Shown: in pieces, positions 12,839 through 25,107 of the stretch | How positions within the stretch are numbered: the stretch's first letter is position 1 | How the letters are laid out: every line of letters starts with the position of its first letter | Assembly (NCBI RefSeq): GCF_006345805.1 | Contig: NC_043012.1 | Coordinates: 47,430,001-47,494,000, forward strand | Direction: 5' to 3' | Origin: Octopus sinensis | Lineage: Eukaryota | Length of the DNA stretch: 64,000 nt | Notes under the pieces: model-generated | The model's input: only the letters and a program-made list of their open reading frames with translations | What the model was told of the DNA's origin: nothing | Database searches by the model: none | Position numbers and translations under genes: made by a program

Positions 12839-13821
12839 TGTGTGTGTGCGTGTGTGTGCGTGTATGTGCGTGTATGCATACATATGATCACACAAACACT
12901 CACACACATATAATTCAATCTATAAACGTACATACATTTGAACGAGTCTAAATTCGGTGAAACTTGTATGCATACATACATCCATGCTTAAACGCACATA
13001 TAAATTTCACAGTGGATGTTTCTCACCACATTTTATTGTATGGTGCGGTTTCTTTTTCAGTCCTTTCTCACTACCTTTCTTCGCATACAGACACCCTTTC
13101 AACAACAACCCTTACACTATTCCTCTGAATGCTACTTTTCTGTTTTACGGTTTATCTCAATCTCACCTTCTGTTCTTTTTTTTTTACCGAATTTCCCTCG
13201 CACGTCTCCTAGTTCTTATAAATAATATCACACGGAGTCATATATTGTAATTACAAACACAAACGCATGCATACGTATATACATATACGCATGCAACACA
13301 AATAACATAAACACACGCTGATTTGTTTTTGTTTTTTCTTCTTCCTACGTATCCATTCAAGTCTGTCACTCAGCTCCTTTGTTTGGATATAAGATATGTT
13401 ATCACCACGAGTCAGCGGGTTTTAAACCAATATTGGCACTTGTGACTTAGAGCCTGGAACGTTTAATACAAGTAAGGCTTAATGTTAAATAACTTAGGGA
13501 AAATGATTAGGGCGAATCATGGGATCTACAGAGATGGAAAAGAGGAAGAAAAGGTAGAATGGTAGAAAAAGGAGGTTAGAAAGATTAAGAAAGATTTAAA
13601 CAAAGAAACTGTAAAAGAAGAACTAAAATATGATGAAATGAAAAGATCAAGTAGAAAATAGAATGATGTGAAGAAGAAAGGAGGGAAATAAAATTAAAAA
13701 ATAATAAAATATAGGTAATTAAATATTAGAGAAAGCGAGGAGTTGGGAGACAGCAGTAAAATTTAGTAGAAGATGAATAATATGAACTACTGGGTATGTA
13801 AACACATGAAGAATTTCAGAA

Positions 13822-14072
13822 AAAGTTAGGAAGTAGAAGGGGGAGAAGTAGAAGAAGAAGAAGAAGAAGAAGAAGAAGAAGATGATGATCATCATCATCA
13901 TCGTCATCATCATCATCATCACTATCATCATCATCATCTTCTTCTTCTTCTTTTTCTTCATCATCATCATTATCATCACCATCGTCATCATCATCATCAT
14001 CATCTTTTTCTTCTTCTTCGTCTTCTTCTTCTTCTTTTTCTTCTACTTCTCCCCCTTCTACTTCCTAACTTT
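13822..14072. repeat. Inverted repeat with a perfect 32-bp unique portion enclosing (GAA)n/(GAT)n/(CAT)n/(CTT)n
   Basis: AAAGTTAGGAAGTAGAAGGGGGAGAAGTAGAA (13822-13853) and its reverse complement at 14041-14072. Mirrored peptides in the ORF track (FYFSPFYFLT on both strands). Confidence 0.9.
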
Positions 14073-14414
14073 ATCACTAATGCTTTTTAGTATAACACCT
14101 ACGCAAATTCTATAAACAAACTTTTCAATAGAAATATTCTCATGAATTGAACAGCAACTGCTAACCGCCACTGACCACTCAAAATACGACAATCAAGGCA
14201 CTCCCAAATTCCCCCATCTTCTTCTCCTTCTTCTTCTTCTTCTTCTTCTTCTTCCTACCAAGAATTCACAACGACCTCGAACCCACAAGTATAAACAAGA
14301 AAGACAGAGAAAGGCAGGAACAAGGAAAATGCCACTTATATTTGAACACTATACAAATATTTAAAAAAAAAAAAATTTCTTTTAATTTTTCTAAATTTAA
14401 TTATTTAATCGTTA

Positions 14415-14452
14415 CAGTTGAAAAGGTCTCAAAATGACTGAAACCGGTACTG
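14415..14452 (+). ncRNA. Decayed type I hammerhead
   Basis: CAG / TTGAAAA (two transitions from CTGAAGA) / GGTC-tcaaaat-GACT / GAAA / C-CG-G-T-A / CTG. Helices I and II and palindromic ACCGGT retained; core broken. Confidence 0.5.
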
Positions 14453-14518
14453 AAATGTTCTTTATAAAATAATTTTAGCATTTTCTATCTTGACTTGTTT
14501 TTTCATATATATCAACTC

Positions 14519-14534
14519 GTGTGTTCCTTTTCAT

Positions 14535-14609
<75 letters not shown>

Positions 14610-14657
14610 ATCATGTATGTATATGCACATATATATATATATGTGTATGTATGTATG

Positions 14658-14700
<43 letters not shown>

Positions 14701-14800
14701 ATATTTATAATTTATATTGTCATATATGTATGTTATATATGTAAATATGTGTTTGTGTGTGTAGTATGTGTGTCTGTTTGTGTGTGTAGTATGTGTGTTT
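14519..14800. repeat. Compound TA/TG/TATG microsatellite
   Basis: Directly visible. Confidence 0.9.
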
Positions 14801-16592
14801 GTGCATTGATGCAAATTATAAATGCGTAACGTAATAGGCCAAACAATCTTACGGAATGTTTCATGTAAATCCTGTTATTCCAAGCAGAACGCTAGGTTTA
14901 AAATGATCTCACATTGTTGTCCAAAGAATATAGGAAGGATTGTTCAACTGGTGATGTGAATTAAGTAATATCCAATGAAGACAACTGTTACCTGTTACAT
15001 GAAACTTTTACGGTTCACCTGAACAGAAGCATAGAAAATTATGTTTACTCTGATAATTGTATATAGTGCTAATAAGGATTAAAATCTCTCGATTTTATCT
15101 ACTCCACAGTCTTGAAATGTCCTTTCTCCTCTCACTATTCACATCTGAATACCCACTCCCATACATTTAACTCGTCACTTTCAATAATTCCATCTTTTAA
15201 ATTATTTTCTATAACGCCGGAAATTTAAGATCACTTCCTTGAAGAGGGAGGATCTATGATAGAATCAATCGACAAACATTATCATGGATCACCAGAAACA
15301 ACGGTTGGATTTGTAATACCTCTTCCCCATTAATATTCTATATCTTTTCTTTTCTGTGTAAGCTGAACCTTTTTATGTGTATACATATATACATTTTTTG
15401 TATATCATATATATTATAATGGAAAGAGCTGCTTATTAATTACGTATGTAAAATTTACTAAAAGTACTAAAAGAAAGCAGTTATTAAAGGCATGAACGTC
15501 TGGTAAATGTTTTAAGAAATTCAAGTTCCAAGAAATTTCCTATAATTTGGATTTCTGAACTTTATTGAATTTTTGAACTCCAATTTTTCACAAATTTGAA
15601 TATTCGTTGCATTCACTGCGGAGTATTCCACTTTCATTTGCAAAATCTCTCACTCTCCATTTCAATATTTTCATCGCAAGTGTTAATTCGCTATTTGGAA
15701 AACCAACAATTCAAGGGAGGTTTCGCTATTGTTTCTAGCACAACTGTTGTTTCTAGCAAACCAAACCAACGTCCATTTTCATTCCCACATGTATTGATGT
15801 CTTTCCAATATTTTTCTCTCATTAAACACATTTTATAGAATGATGATGCCGAAGTAACAAACGAGTGGTCCGTTGGCAGAATATAAACAATAAAAGAATT
15901 GTAATCTAAATTTTACCCCCACCTCAATCAAGCGAAGCCGTGTGTGTGTGTTTGTGTGCGTGTGGGGGTGTAGGAAAAATATTTTCTAACAGAAAAGTGT
16001 TCTATTAAGATGAATTGCCAGCAATTACCTTCTCAGGCTCTCCAATATTTTAATGTTTCAATAGAAAGGTGTAAGGAGTGGGGTTGCAAAAAATGTATAA
16101 TTTCACAGTTTTTATAGCATATATATGTATTTATGGGGGAAATAATATTGAAAATCATTAATATATGCGGAAGTGATAAAGAAATGAGGAGGTATTTCTT
16201 CGGATATGCTAGAAACAACAGCCAAATATCCCTTAAATTACTCACTTCTCCCTCTGAAAATATTAACCATTTTTTTCTCTTACCGAAATGGCTCCACCCA
16301 TGGATTTGGAGTGCAAAGAAAAAAAAAATAATGATAATTGGCTGAAATAGGTCCGAAGTGGGATGATGAGGGGAGAATTGTAAAAAATGTTTTCAAAATT
16401 GTTTTCATACTAAGATGCCCATCCCCACTAAACTCTGAAACCACAACATCTAAGCGGTATTGTAGAAAATTTTGTTAGATATACAATTTCTGGATAGTAA
16501 GAGGCAACAAAGTCGGGGTCGTATACATCTGTAGAAATGCCCTTTTACTTATACTTTTTCATTTCATACTTATTTCGTTCATTGTTTGCAAT

Positions 16593-16655
<63 letters not shown>

Positions 16656-17051
16656 ACACACACACACATACACACACACATACACACACATACACACACA
16701 CTCACTGCAAAGCTTACAGATGGGCTGCTGAATTTAAATCTCTATGTTGCCTTGACGGGAAGCTAAAACCTGACCAACTGCTCCCCGTCCTTAACTGGAC
16801 TACCTTGACGTTTGTTTAAGAAGAGAGATTATGACTATGGTAAAATAATGAAAGTAATATTTACTAAGCAAGTGATCGCTATTTTTCAAAAAATAATTAA
16901 ACGTAAAATATCATAAAAATTATTAGAATTGGGAATGAAATTTGAAAATATCATCAAGTGCCTAGCAGAAAACCCCCTGGAGGGCAGTCTTTATGCTAGT
17001 GAATTTAACATACTTTATATGTCTAACTTGTTTTCCATATATTTACTTATA

Positions 17052-17084
<33 letters not shown>

Positions 17085-19398
17085 GGATCTTTTCTATTCT
17101 GAAGCCAGGACCACAGATCTTTCTACTTAACTAAATAATTTGAAACTTCGTATGCTGATAGAGTCTAGCAAAACAAGACACAGGTTGGAACTAGTTTATT
17201 TGAGAAAAATCTATTTTATGACTTTAATCGTAGATTAAAACTGCGAATTCTAACCAATCAGATTGTTTGTTTTCATGTGTAAAACTTGAATGCATTCTAT
17301 TAGTGTGACGTAGAAAGTGCTTTTGTGACGTACTAACGTTCGTTTGAAAACTGTAAACAAACAATGTGGGTAACGAACGTATATGCAACACGAAATAACT
17401 AAACTGATGTGAATATTGTTTTATTTTCTTCGCATGTATCCACATGTTCTTAATATTTTATACACGTGGATTCGTATCATTTACTTTGATAAAATTTTAT
17501 TCGTGCACATCCGAATCATTTGCTTTGTAAACAAACAGGATAATTGAGTGCACTGCACTAGCACCGTAATTATATTAACATTGGTTCATTATTCTTCTGG
17601 CATAGGCCAATTCCTGTTGCTGTAGATTTCCAGCTCATAACTTGTACTCGTTTTATCGACCCACCTGTAACTGGCATATTTTGAACTTGATAAACATATA
17701 TATGTAAACCTGAAAACATCTCGAGTCTGTTATATATTTGTAGGGAACGGACGTGAAACCCAAGGCAATCCCATAAATCGGCCTTATCTAACTTTAATAT
17801 ATACTGTTCTATAACTTAGAGTGGGCTTCTTTTTTCGGATTTATGTTTACGGGCGATATATATATATATAAAGGTGAAAGTAAAGAATACGTACACCTGG
17901 TGTTAGGGTTTAGGATTAGAATTTTTGTTACGCTGAAAACAGGTGGTGGGATACACACCTGTTGCATAATTCTTGTGTACTTTGCATTTGCATCACAAAT
18001 TGTAATATCCTGCATTAACTTTAATTTACTCTTTATTTGGTTTTGTTTCTGTTTTTATTGTGTGCACGCCTTGTTATGGTTTATGTTAGGGTTAGAGCTA
18101 TGCTCTAGAATTGGCAACAGATAGCATACTAAATTGTAAATGGCCACGTTTACTGTATGCTAAACTGGCACTAGAGATTTAATGAAACAGTTTACCTATT
18201 AAAATTTAAGTCATGAAAGGGTTAGTTAGCATTGTCAACACACTTCACATTTCTCTGTTTCTGTGGGCAATGAAATAAAACACTAGATAAGGAGTGGGTC
18301 AATATAGTTGACATTATTTCCTCCTATAAAATTTTTGGCTATGTACCTTTCTTAGAAATTCTTATTTGTATTAATATAAAGTGCGAGCAAGAGAACATCT
18401 GCAGGCTTTCCTAAACTGTTAATGTGAATGTAGATGATGTCTTTTTTCAACTTGTGTAAATTAATGTCTGATGAGAATGTGATTCCATCTAGAAGCTGCC
18501 ATTCTGGAGATAAATGATTGGCTAAAATATTTAGTAAAAGGGTTCTAGCTGTGAGACATGTTAAAGATGATGATGTGGGCTCAGTTTGATATAGTTTACA
18601 GCTTACTAATTCACAGGAATAGTAGTGGGTGTTAGGGGTTTTTTTTCCCATGTTTTATTTGAACAATTTGGCTGGATAAAGGGGGCTGTATCCTTGCCTT
18701 TTGCATTCCTTCTGAGACAAGAGGTGTGCCTTCAAAACTGGTAAGATTGACGTAGTTGATCTTGAATAAAATGTGTGGATGGCTGCAGAGGAAAACATGG
18801 ACAAGGAATTTCAGAAGACTGACAATCTGGTAAGAAAGAATTTAATGCTTAGTTTGCAGGTGAATTACATGCTACGTGATCTTCAAGCCTTTTGTCGCCA
18901 GATGCTGTAACATGGTTTGTATCCAATATAGTAGTACCACCACTATTGCGATAATGGCCTGAAATATGTGGTACCAGTGTGATAAAAAAGATAATGCAGC
19001 AGCAATAACAACATAACTATCTCTCAAGAACCAACAAATATTCCAAATGAACAAACCAACCCACACTCTAGAACTTCACTATGAAATAACACAAACTATA
19101 TACACTCTCGGTTCAGTCCATTCCTCACAAGAGGGTACCTTGGCTCTCATCACAACACTGAGAGTGTAAGGGGTTACTAACTTTGTTCTGCCGACAAATT
19201 TCCATTTATTTATTCTTAAGCTTCTCTTACTGCTAGAAACCACCTCTGCCTGGTACTGGCATTTATGTGAACAATGTAGACAATTGACAAGTATCAAATG
19301 CCACAATACATAAATTCATTATTTATTAAAATTATCTTCAATTGTAGAAGTATCATAATTACTAAATGGTAATCGATTAGCATATTCAGGGCCATTTA

Positions 19399-21638
19399 GT
19401 CACCTACCAATCTGGTAGACACACTAGTCAAATTGACTACATCCTCACTAGGAAACAGGAAAGACGACTACTTGTAAATGCCCAAACCTTCCCAGGTGAA
19501 GAATGTACCCCACAATATAGATTAGTAGTTAGCGACTTCAGGATCAGGGCTAAATGGATGCCCAGAAGATGACTAGAATGGCGGAGAAGGGTCTGGAAGC
19601 TTAAGGATCCTGCAAAAAGAGATTGAGAGACATATTACTCAAAGCTGTGGAAGACAACTGGAGTTTTCTACAGGACAACCTTTTGAGGGCTAGTGACCAG
19701 ATCTGTGGATGGTGCAAAGTCTCCTCTCAACCCAAGGTAACATGGTGGTGGAACAATGTTGTTGACAGGGCTAGTAAGGAAAAGAAACAGGCTTTGAAGG
19801 ACTGGAAGACCGGTGATAGCAGGGAATTGTATCAGACTGCCAAAAGGGAAGCTAGGAGATAGGTTTATTTGGCCAGAGGGGAAGCAGATAAGGAAAAATT
19901 TGTCAATGTTCTGTGCCGTGATGACCAAAGACTTGAAGTATTTTCCTGTTGCCAAACAGTGTGTGAGAGAGAATCACGATGTCCTAGGAGAGAAATGTGT
20001 CCTCATGGGTGACGGTTCACTTGCTTCAAACGAAGCTGCAAAGAGACAGGTTTGGAGACGCCATTATGAAAGTTTGCTAAATAAAGTGAATGAATGTGAG
20101 AAAGAGAGTCTGCCGAATGCCGGCCCAACAGAGGGACCAGCTATCTATCTAAATTGACAGTGCCTTGGTAGGTAAAGCAATTAAGGGTATGAAGACAGGG
20201 AAAGCACCCGGACAATCAGGAATCACCACAGAGATGCTCAAACTATCTAGCGGTGTCGGCTATAGCCTAGTCAACCAGGTGATACATGAAGGAGTCATAC
20301 CCAATGACTGGTGTAGCAGCACCATAGTCAACTGCTAACAAAGGTAAAGGTGACGCATTAGATACAAATAATTACAGAGGTATCAAGTTGTTGGATCAGG
20401 TAATGAAGGTCACGGAGAGGGTCATAGCCCACGTAATTAGGGAGAGAGGTAGTCTAGATGTGATGCAGTTTCGGTTCGTGCCAGGGGAAAGCACCACTGA
20501 TGCTATATTTCTGATAAGACAGATGCAGGAGAAATAGCTAGTCCAAGATAAAACTCTGTACCTGGCTTTCATTGACAGTGTCCTCCGATCCCCTATCTGG
20601 TGGTCAATGAGGAGACTAGAGATGGATGAATGTTTATTGAGAGCTGTACAAGCCATGTACAGTAAGGTGACGGTTGGCAACGAGTACAGTGAAGAATATT
20701 GGGTAGGGGTAAGGGTCAACCTAAGATCAGTCCTCAGCCCCCTCTTATTCATTATAGTCCTCCAGGCAATAACAGAGGAATTCAAGACAGGCTGCTCCTC
20801 TATGCTGATGACCTTGCACTAATAGCAGAGTCACTGCTGGAACTGGAGCCAAAGGTAAGGGTGGAAGCAAAGTCTTAAATTGAATGGCCTTAGGGCTAAC
20901 CTAGCCAAAACCAAAGTTTTAGTTAGTGTGCAGGCTGTCAAATCACAAACTCCTCTGTAGAAAAGGCATTGGTAGAAACTCCATACGATGCACCCGGTGT
21001 AAGCTATGGACACATAAAAGGTGCAGCAATATCAAAGGAAGGTTAACTGGGAAAATTATTTCTTGTGTGGGCAGATGCAGTGGGGCAATAAACACTGAAG
21101 GTGTTCAGAAAACAGCTTCCATTACATGCCTGGGGAAGAAACTAGAAGTAGTAAATACTTTCTACTACCTAGGCGACCAAGTATGTAGTGGGAGTGATTG
21201 TTCTGCGAGTGTAGCAACTAGAGTAATAATAGCCTGAGCAAATTCAGGGAGCTCCTACCTCTGCTGGCAGCTAAATGCCCCTCACTCAGGGGGAAAGGTG
21301 GACTGTATGATGCATGTGTGTGAACTGCCATGCTATACAGTAGTGAAACATGGGCCATGAATGCCGAGGACATGCGTAAGCTTGCAGTATGCTTGAGTCA
21401 AGTAAAACCAATACCGTAGCTGGGGGCCGGTGACCCGCTAGCTGGCTCCTGTGCTGATGAGACATAAAGAACACCCACTACACTCTCAGAATAGTTGGCG
21501 TTAGGAAGGGCATTTAGATGTAGAAATTATGCTAGACTAGATTGGAGCCTGTTGCAGCAGCTGGCTCTCCAAGACTTCAGTCAAACTGTCCAACCCATGC
21601 CATCATGGAAAACGGACGTTAATCGATGATGATGATGA
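19399..21638 (+). mobile_element. 5'-truncated, degenerate RTE-clade LINE with 3' UTR and (GAT)n tail
   Basis: APE C-terminus TYQSGRHTSQIDYILTR, RT-region fragments (MRRLEMDECLLRAVQAMY, SVLSPLLFIIVLQAITEEFKTG, KGIGRNSIRCTRCKLWTHKRCS), and a terminal CCAACCCATGCCATCATGGAAAACGGACGTT-(GAT)n shared with 28486-28874 and 31463-31910. Confidence 0.9.
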
Positions 21639-21736
21639 CAACGACGATAATTATATTAGTAATAAAGTTGGGTGCAGACAAGAGCGATTTGTAGTAGAGA
21701 GCAATAGCGTTTGGAGCGAGCAAAGAGTTGGCGGCC

Positions 21737-21852
21737 GGCGATGCGATCGATCGAAAAGCTGTCATCTCGGCGGCGATATCGCCTGTGAGTGGTGTCCGGT
21801 AGCGTACGTAACACACGGACGCATCGCGTTTATGCACGCGGCTAAGGCAGCT
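21737..21852 (+). ncRNA. Candidate HDV-like ribozyme
   Basis: P1 GGCGAT 21737-42 / ATCGCC 21778-83; P2 AGCTGTC 21757-63 / GGCAGCT 21846-52; P3 ATC 21764-66 / GAT 21775-77; L3 TCGGCGGC (U20, C21, C24, G25 equivalents as in genomic HDV); P1.1 C21768-G21785 and G21769-U21784; P4 21786-21840; J4/2 GCTAA 21841-45 with the catalytic C equivalent at 21842. P1 is one pair shorter than canonical. Confidence 0.6.
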
Positions 21853-22229
21853 ATTGCTCTCTAATAATCGCTTGCTTTTTATTAACTTAATGCATTCTTC
21901 ACTTCGGCATACTGGGCAGAGATAGCATCGCATTCATGCACGCATTAGCTGTCTATCACCGCCTTAGCTATCATAAACAAACACAAGTTCATGTATGATA
22001 TTAATCTTTCTTCTACTTCAATTATTACATGGTTTTCTCTTATAAAAATACACACATACAGGAGAAGTAAATTATACATATAATACTATAAATGTGGCTC
22101 TCGATAAACAGTCAAAGTAATTACCTGATCAACAATGGGTTTTACTGCTAGTATATATGTATACTAGCAGTATACAGGTGACCAAATCTGATTTTCTAAA
22201 AATATCACTCAAGTATAATATTTTTTTTA

Positions 22230-23732
22230 AACTCAGAAAGTCTTTCCAAAATTTTATTAGCTGTATCAGTTTGTCTTGGAGTTGTAATGAGTCATCTGAC
22301 TCTTGAACATGAAAAAGTGGATTAATGGCTCCTACAAATTCACTAGTCTTTCAAGGCTCATGCCTTTTGACCCATCTTACTTCTGTGTGAAGCAATAGGG
22401 TTTTAAAATCTTTTAAAATCTTCATCTTCACAGAGTTTGATTTGACAATGTTATTTGTATGTATGCAAGTGTTGAGTGCATTTTCCATGTGTCCTCCAAT
22501 ATTCTTAGCAACCACATGCTGTCTGTGGATAATGCAACATATATTTAAAATGTGAGGAGCAACCGATTTCATTCTAGAAACAAAGCCTTTCACTTTTCCA
22601 GTCATGGCTGCAGCTCCATATGATGCAGTGTTGATCAAATTAGTCGATGGAATATTTTTATCATTAAAATACTGCATTACTTCATTGAATATATCTTCTC
22701 CATTAGTTGTTTCAAAAAAACTTTTAAGGAATAACATTTCTTCCCTTATATCATCTTCATGGTTGAATCTGACATAGACCAGAAGGATAACTTGGTTATG
22801 AATTCTGCTATCATCAACCTGGATAGAAAAATTGGTCGTTCGGAGAATTTCCACAATCTTCTTTCTCCTCAACAAAATTAGACATTTCATCCTGTCTTCT
22901 TGTAATTGTGTTATTTGAAAGTGGAATTGTACTCAGAGTAGGTTCAGCATCTTTTCCCAGAACCTCATTTGCTCAAGCTATCATAGCAGGCTTGACAAGA
23001 TTCTCACCTTAAATCTGAGGTGCTGCAACCTTGGCAATAATTTCAGAAACCAAATAACTTGGTTTGAGTATCTTTACTTTTTCAACATTTATCTTCTTTA
23101 CAAAGTCAGGTAGTTTGATTAGCTGTATTTTCTTTTTATTCTCAAAATATTCCCGACCTTTACCAACAGATGATGGATGCCTTAATTTCTGGTGCTGCTC
23201 CAGCTTAACTTTCTTCATGGAATAATTTGTCATGATGGCATTATATTCAAGATACATAGGTTTTGAGTCTACAGATACAAAACCAAACATGATAAAATCT
23301 TCTTTGCATTTCTTCAGTTTTGCCTTTTTAGCAGTTGGTTCAGTTATTACAACTGATCATAAAAAAATAAAAATAATAAATATTTTATTTCTATAAATTT
23401 AAAGTATCAAATTTATTATTAAACAATATTATGTAGTGATCTATTAAAAATATCGAATTTATTATGAAACTGTTGTGATTATAAAATTTAAATTATGTAG
23501 TTCTTGATTGTAATATATCATTGATTATATATTATACATCATTGATTCTTATGGAATAATTATTGAATTTTGTTTTCTTATTATTATTCTGTCTTCATAT
23601 AAATTATTATTAACTAACAGTGTCTTTATTATCAAACAATATTGTGTAGATCTGAAATGGCTTCAATTTTTCACGGCTACGAATTCTCTGGGGACCACTG
23701 GTAGGTTCCAGGGACCACATTGGGAATCACTG
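22230..23732 (-). mobile_element. Buster/Charlie-type hAT transposon remnant (ZBED5/SCAND3-like transposase), 3'-truncated
   Basis: ORF 22351-22890 has FSIQVDDSRIHNQVILLVYVRF, YGAAAMTGKVKGFVSRMK, CCIIHRQHVVAK and LLHTEVRW. 5' TIR CAGTGATTCCCAATGTGG starts at 23732 (minus), next to the 8-mer CTTTAAAC that fits the nnnTAnnn Buster target. Second end not found. Confidence 0.85.
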
Positions 23733-24010
23733 CTTTAAACAATACTGGATGAAATGAATATTGAAATTATTTACAAATTTTGTTAGTACATGAAACATGT
23801 TATAATTTACAAGTTCCAGTAGAATATGTGACAAAGATAATATTCCTAGCTGAACTTATTCCCTTTAATTTTCTTGTACCAGAAACTTCCAACCCCAGCC
23901 AATATTAACGCCAGATAACTTACGCAGGACATTTTCATAATAAAGAAGAAAAAATTAAAAGGCTTTCATCTTTTTCTTTTAAACAAAAAAATTTTTATAA
24001 AGATATATAT

Positions 24011-24170
24011 AAAGGATAGCTTTATGGTTGAAAAATTTGCTTCACACCCATGGGTTTCTGGGTTCAATTATGCTGTATGGTATATTGGGTAAGTGTCTTT
24101 TACTGTAGTCTTAGGTTGATCAATGTCATGTGAGTCAAATTGGGAGAATGATTCTATGAAGAAGCCCGCA
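24011..24170 (+). mobile_element. Old tRNA-derived SINE
   Basis: Diverged copy of the family at 45471-45622 (GGGTTCAATT box, TGGGTAAGTGTCTTTTACTGTAG, GAAGAAGCCCG). Confidence 0.5.
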
Positions 24171-24995
24171 AGATGTGTTTGTGTGTATGTGTGTGTGTTC
24201 ATTTACATGTTTACTACTCTAGTATACTAGGCTATCAAAGGTTACTTTCAATGAACAGGCATCGTTAAAATGGGACCCTGCCCTATGTTTGGAATTATCT
24301 CTAATATTGATAGGGTCAATGAAAGACACCCAAAGACAGTGCCTGAGCATGGTCATAGCACACTGACTGAAATTAATAAAAGAAGAAACAATTCTAGGTT
24401 TCAAAACATTTTTAATGATAAACATCCAAATGTAAAGACAATGTTAAATGACTTTTCCAGGTGTATGTATGCATACATGCATAAATGGAATTTCCTTCTA
24501 AGTAGAAGTTCACCTGAAACAAAAGTCATGGAAATTATTAGGATGAATATTCTTTGGGTGGGAGATCAGAATAAATAAAAGAATGCAAGTGAATGTGTCA
24601 TGTAAAGTGGGATGGGTGGGTTGGTGAGGTGCACAGCTGCCTTCAGAAACAACAGTAAAAAATCCCTGGTTTCATAATGGTTGAATCATTCGCCCAAAAC
24701 AATGAGATTTTTGTTTCTTTTTTAAGACATGTAATAGTAGACATGTAGTAGGGGAATACTTATATTGATAGGAATCATTAATTAACAAGAAAATAATTAT
24801 ACATACACACACACATATATATATATATATAAATATATATATACAAAATGAGAAAATGGAGAAATATATCCAAATCAATCATCAACCATCAGATAATACC
24901 GAATCAATACTTTATTAAACCACTACACAATAGCAATGATATTATACATTAATATAGTGCAAATATAACAAGACATAGAAATACATTTACATTGT

Positions 24996-25107
24996 AGCTG
25001 ACAGCTGTTTCGGCATGAAGACAGGTATGTCCCATTTAACCTATTAGCCATATAAAGCAGGTATAAATGAGACATTAACAAGAATATCTCACGGCCTCTT
25101 CAGAGAA
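24996..25107 (-). ncRNA. Type I hammerhead motif with long helix II and weak helix I
   Basis: Minus strand: CTGAAGA (25103-25097), helix II base GGC/GCC extended by GTGA/TCAT after a bulged C, GAAA (25011-25008), AC-[AGCT]-GT, triplet GUC. Helix I has only 2 bp (CT/AG). Confidence 0.6.

Noticed and set aside
18430-18910. Coding-looking stretches (DDVFFNLCKLMSDENVIPSR; MAAEENMDKEFQKTDNL with CTG|GTAAGA donors)
   Set aside because: In-frame stops, an implied 30-nt intron and no recognised family. It cannot be called an exon or pseudogene without a homology search.
21619-21933. 104-aa minus-strand ORF over the GC-rich island
   Set aside because: No recognisable domain; an open frame of this length is expected by chance in GC-rich structured DNA.
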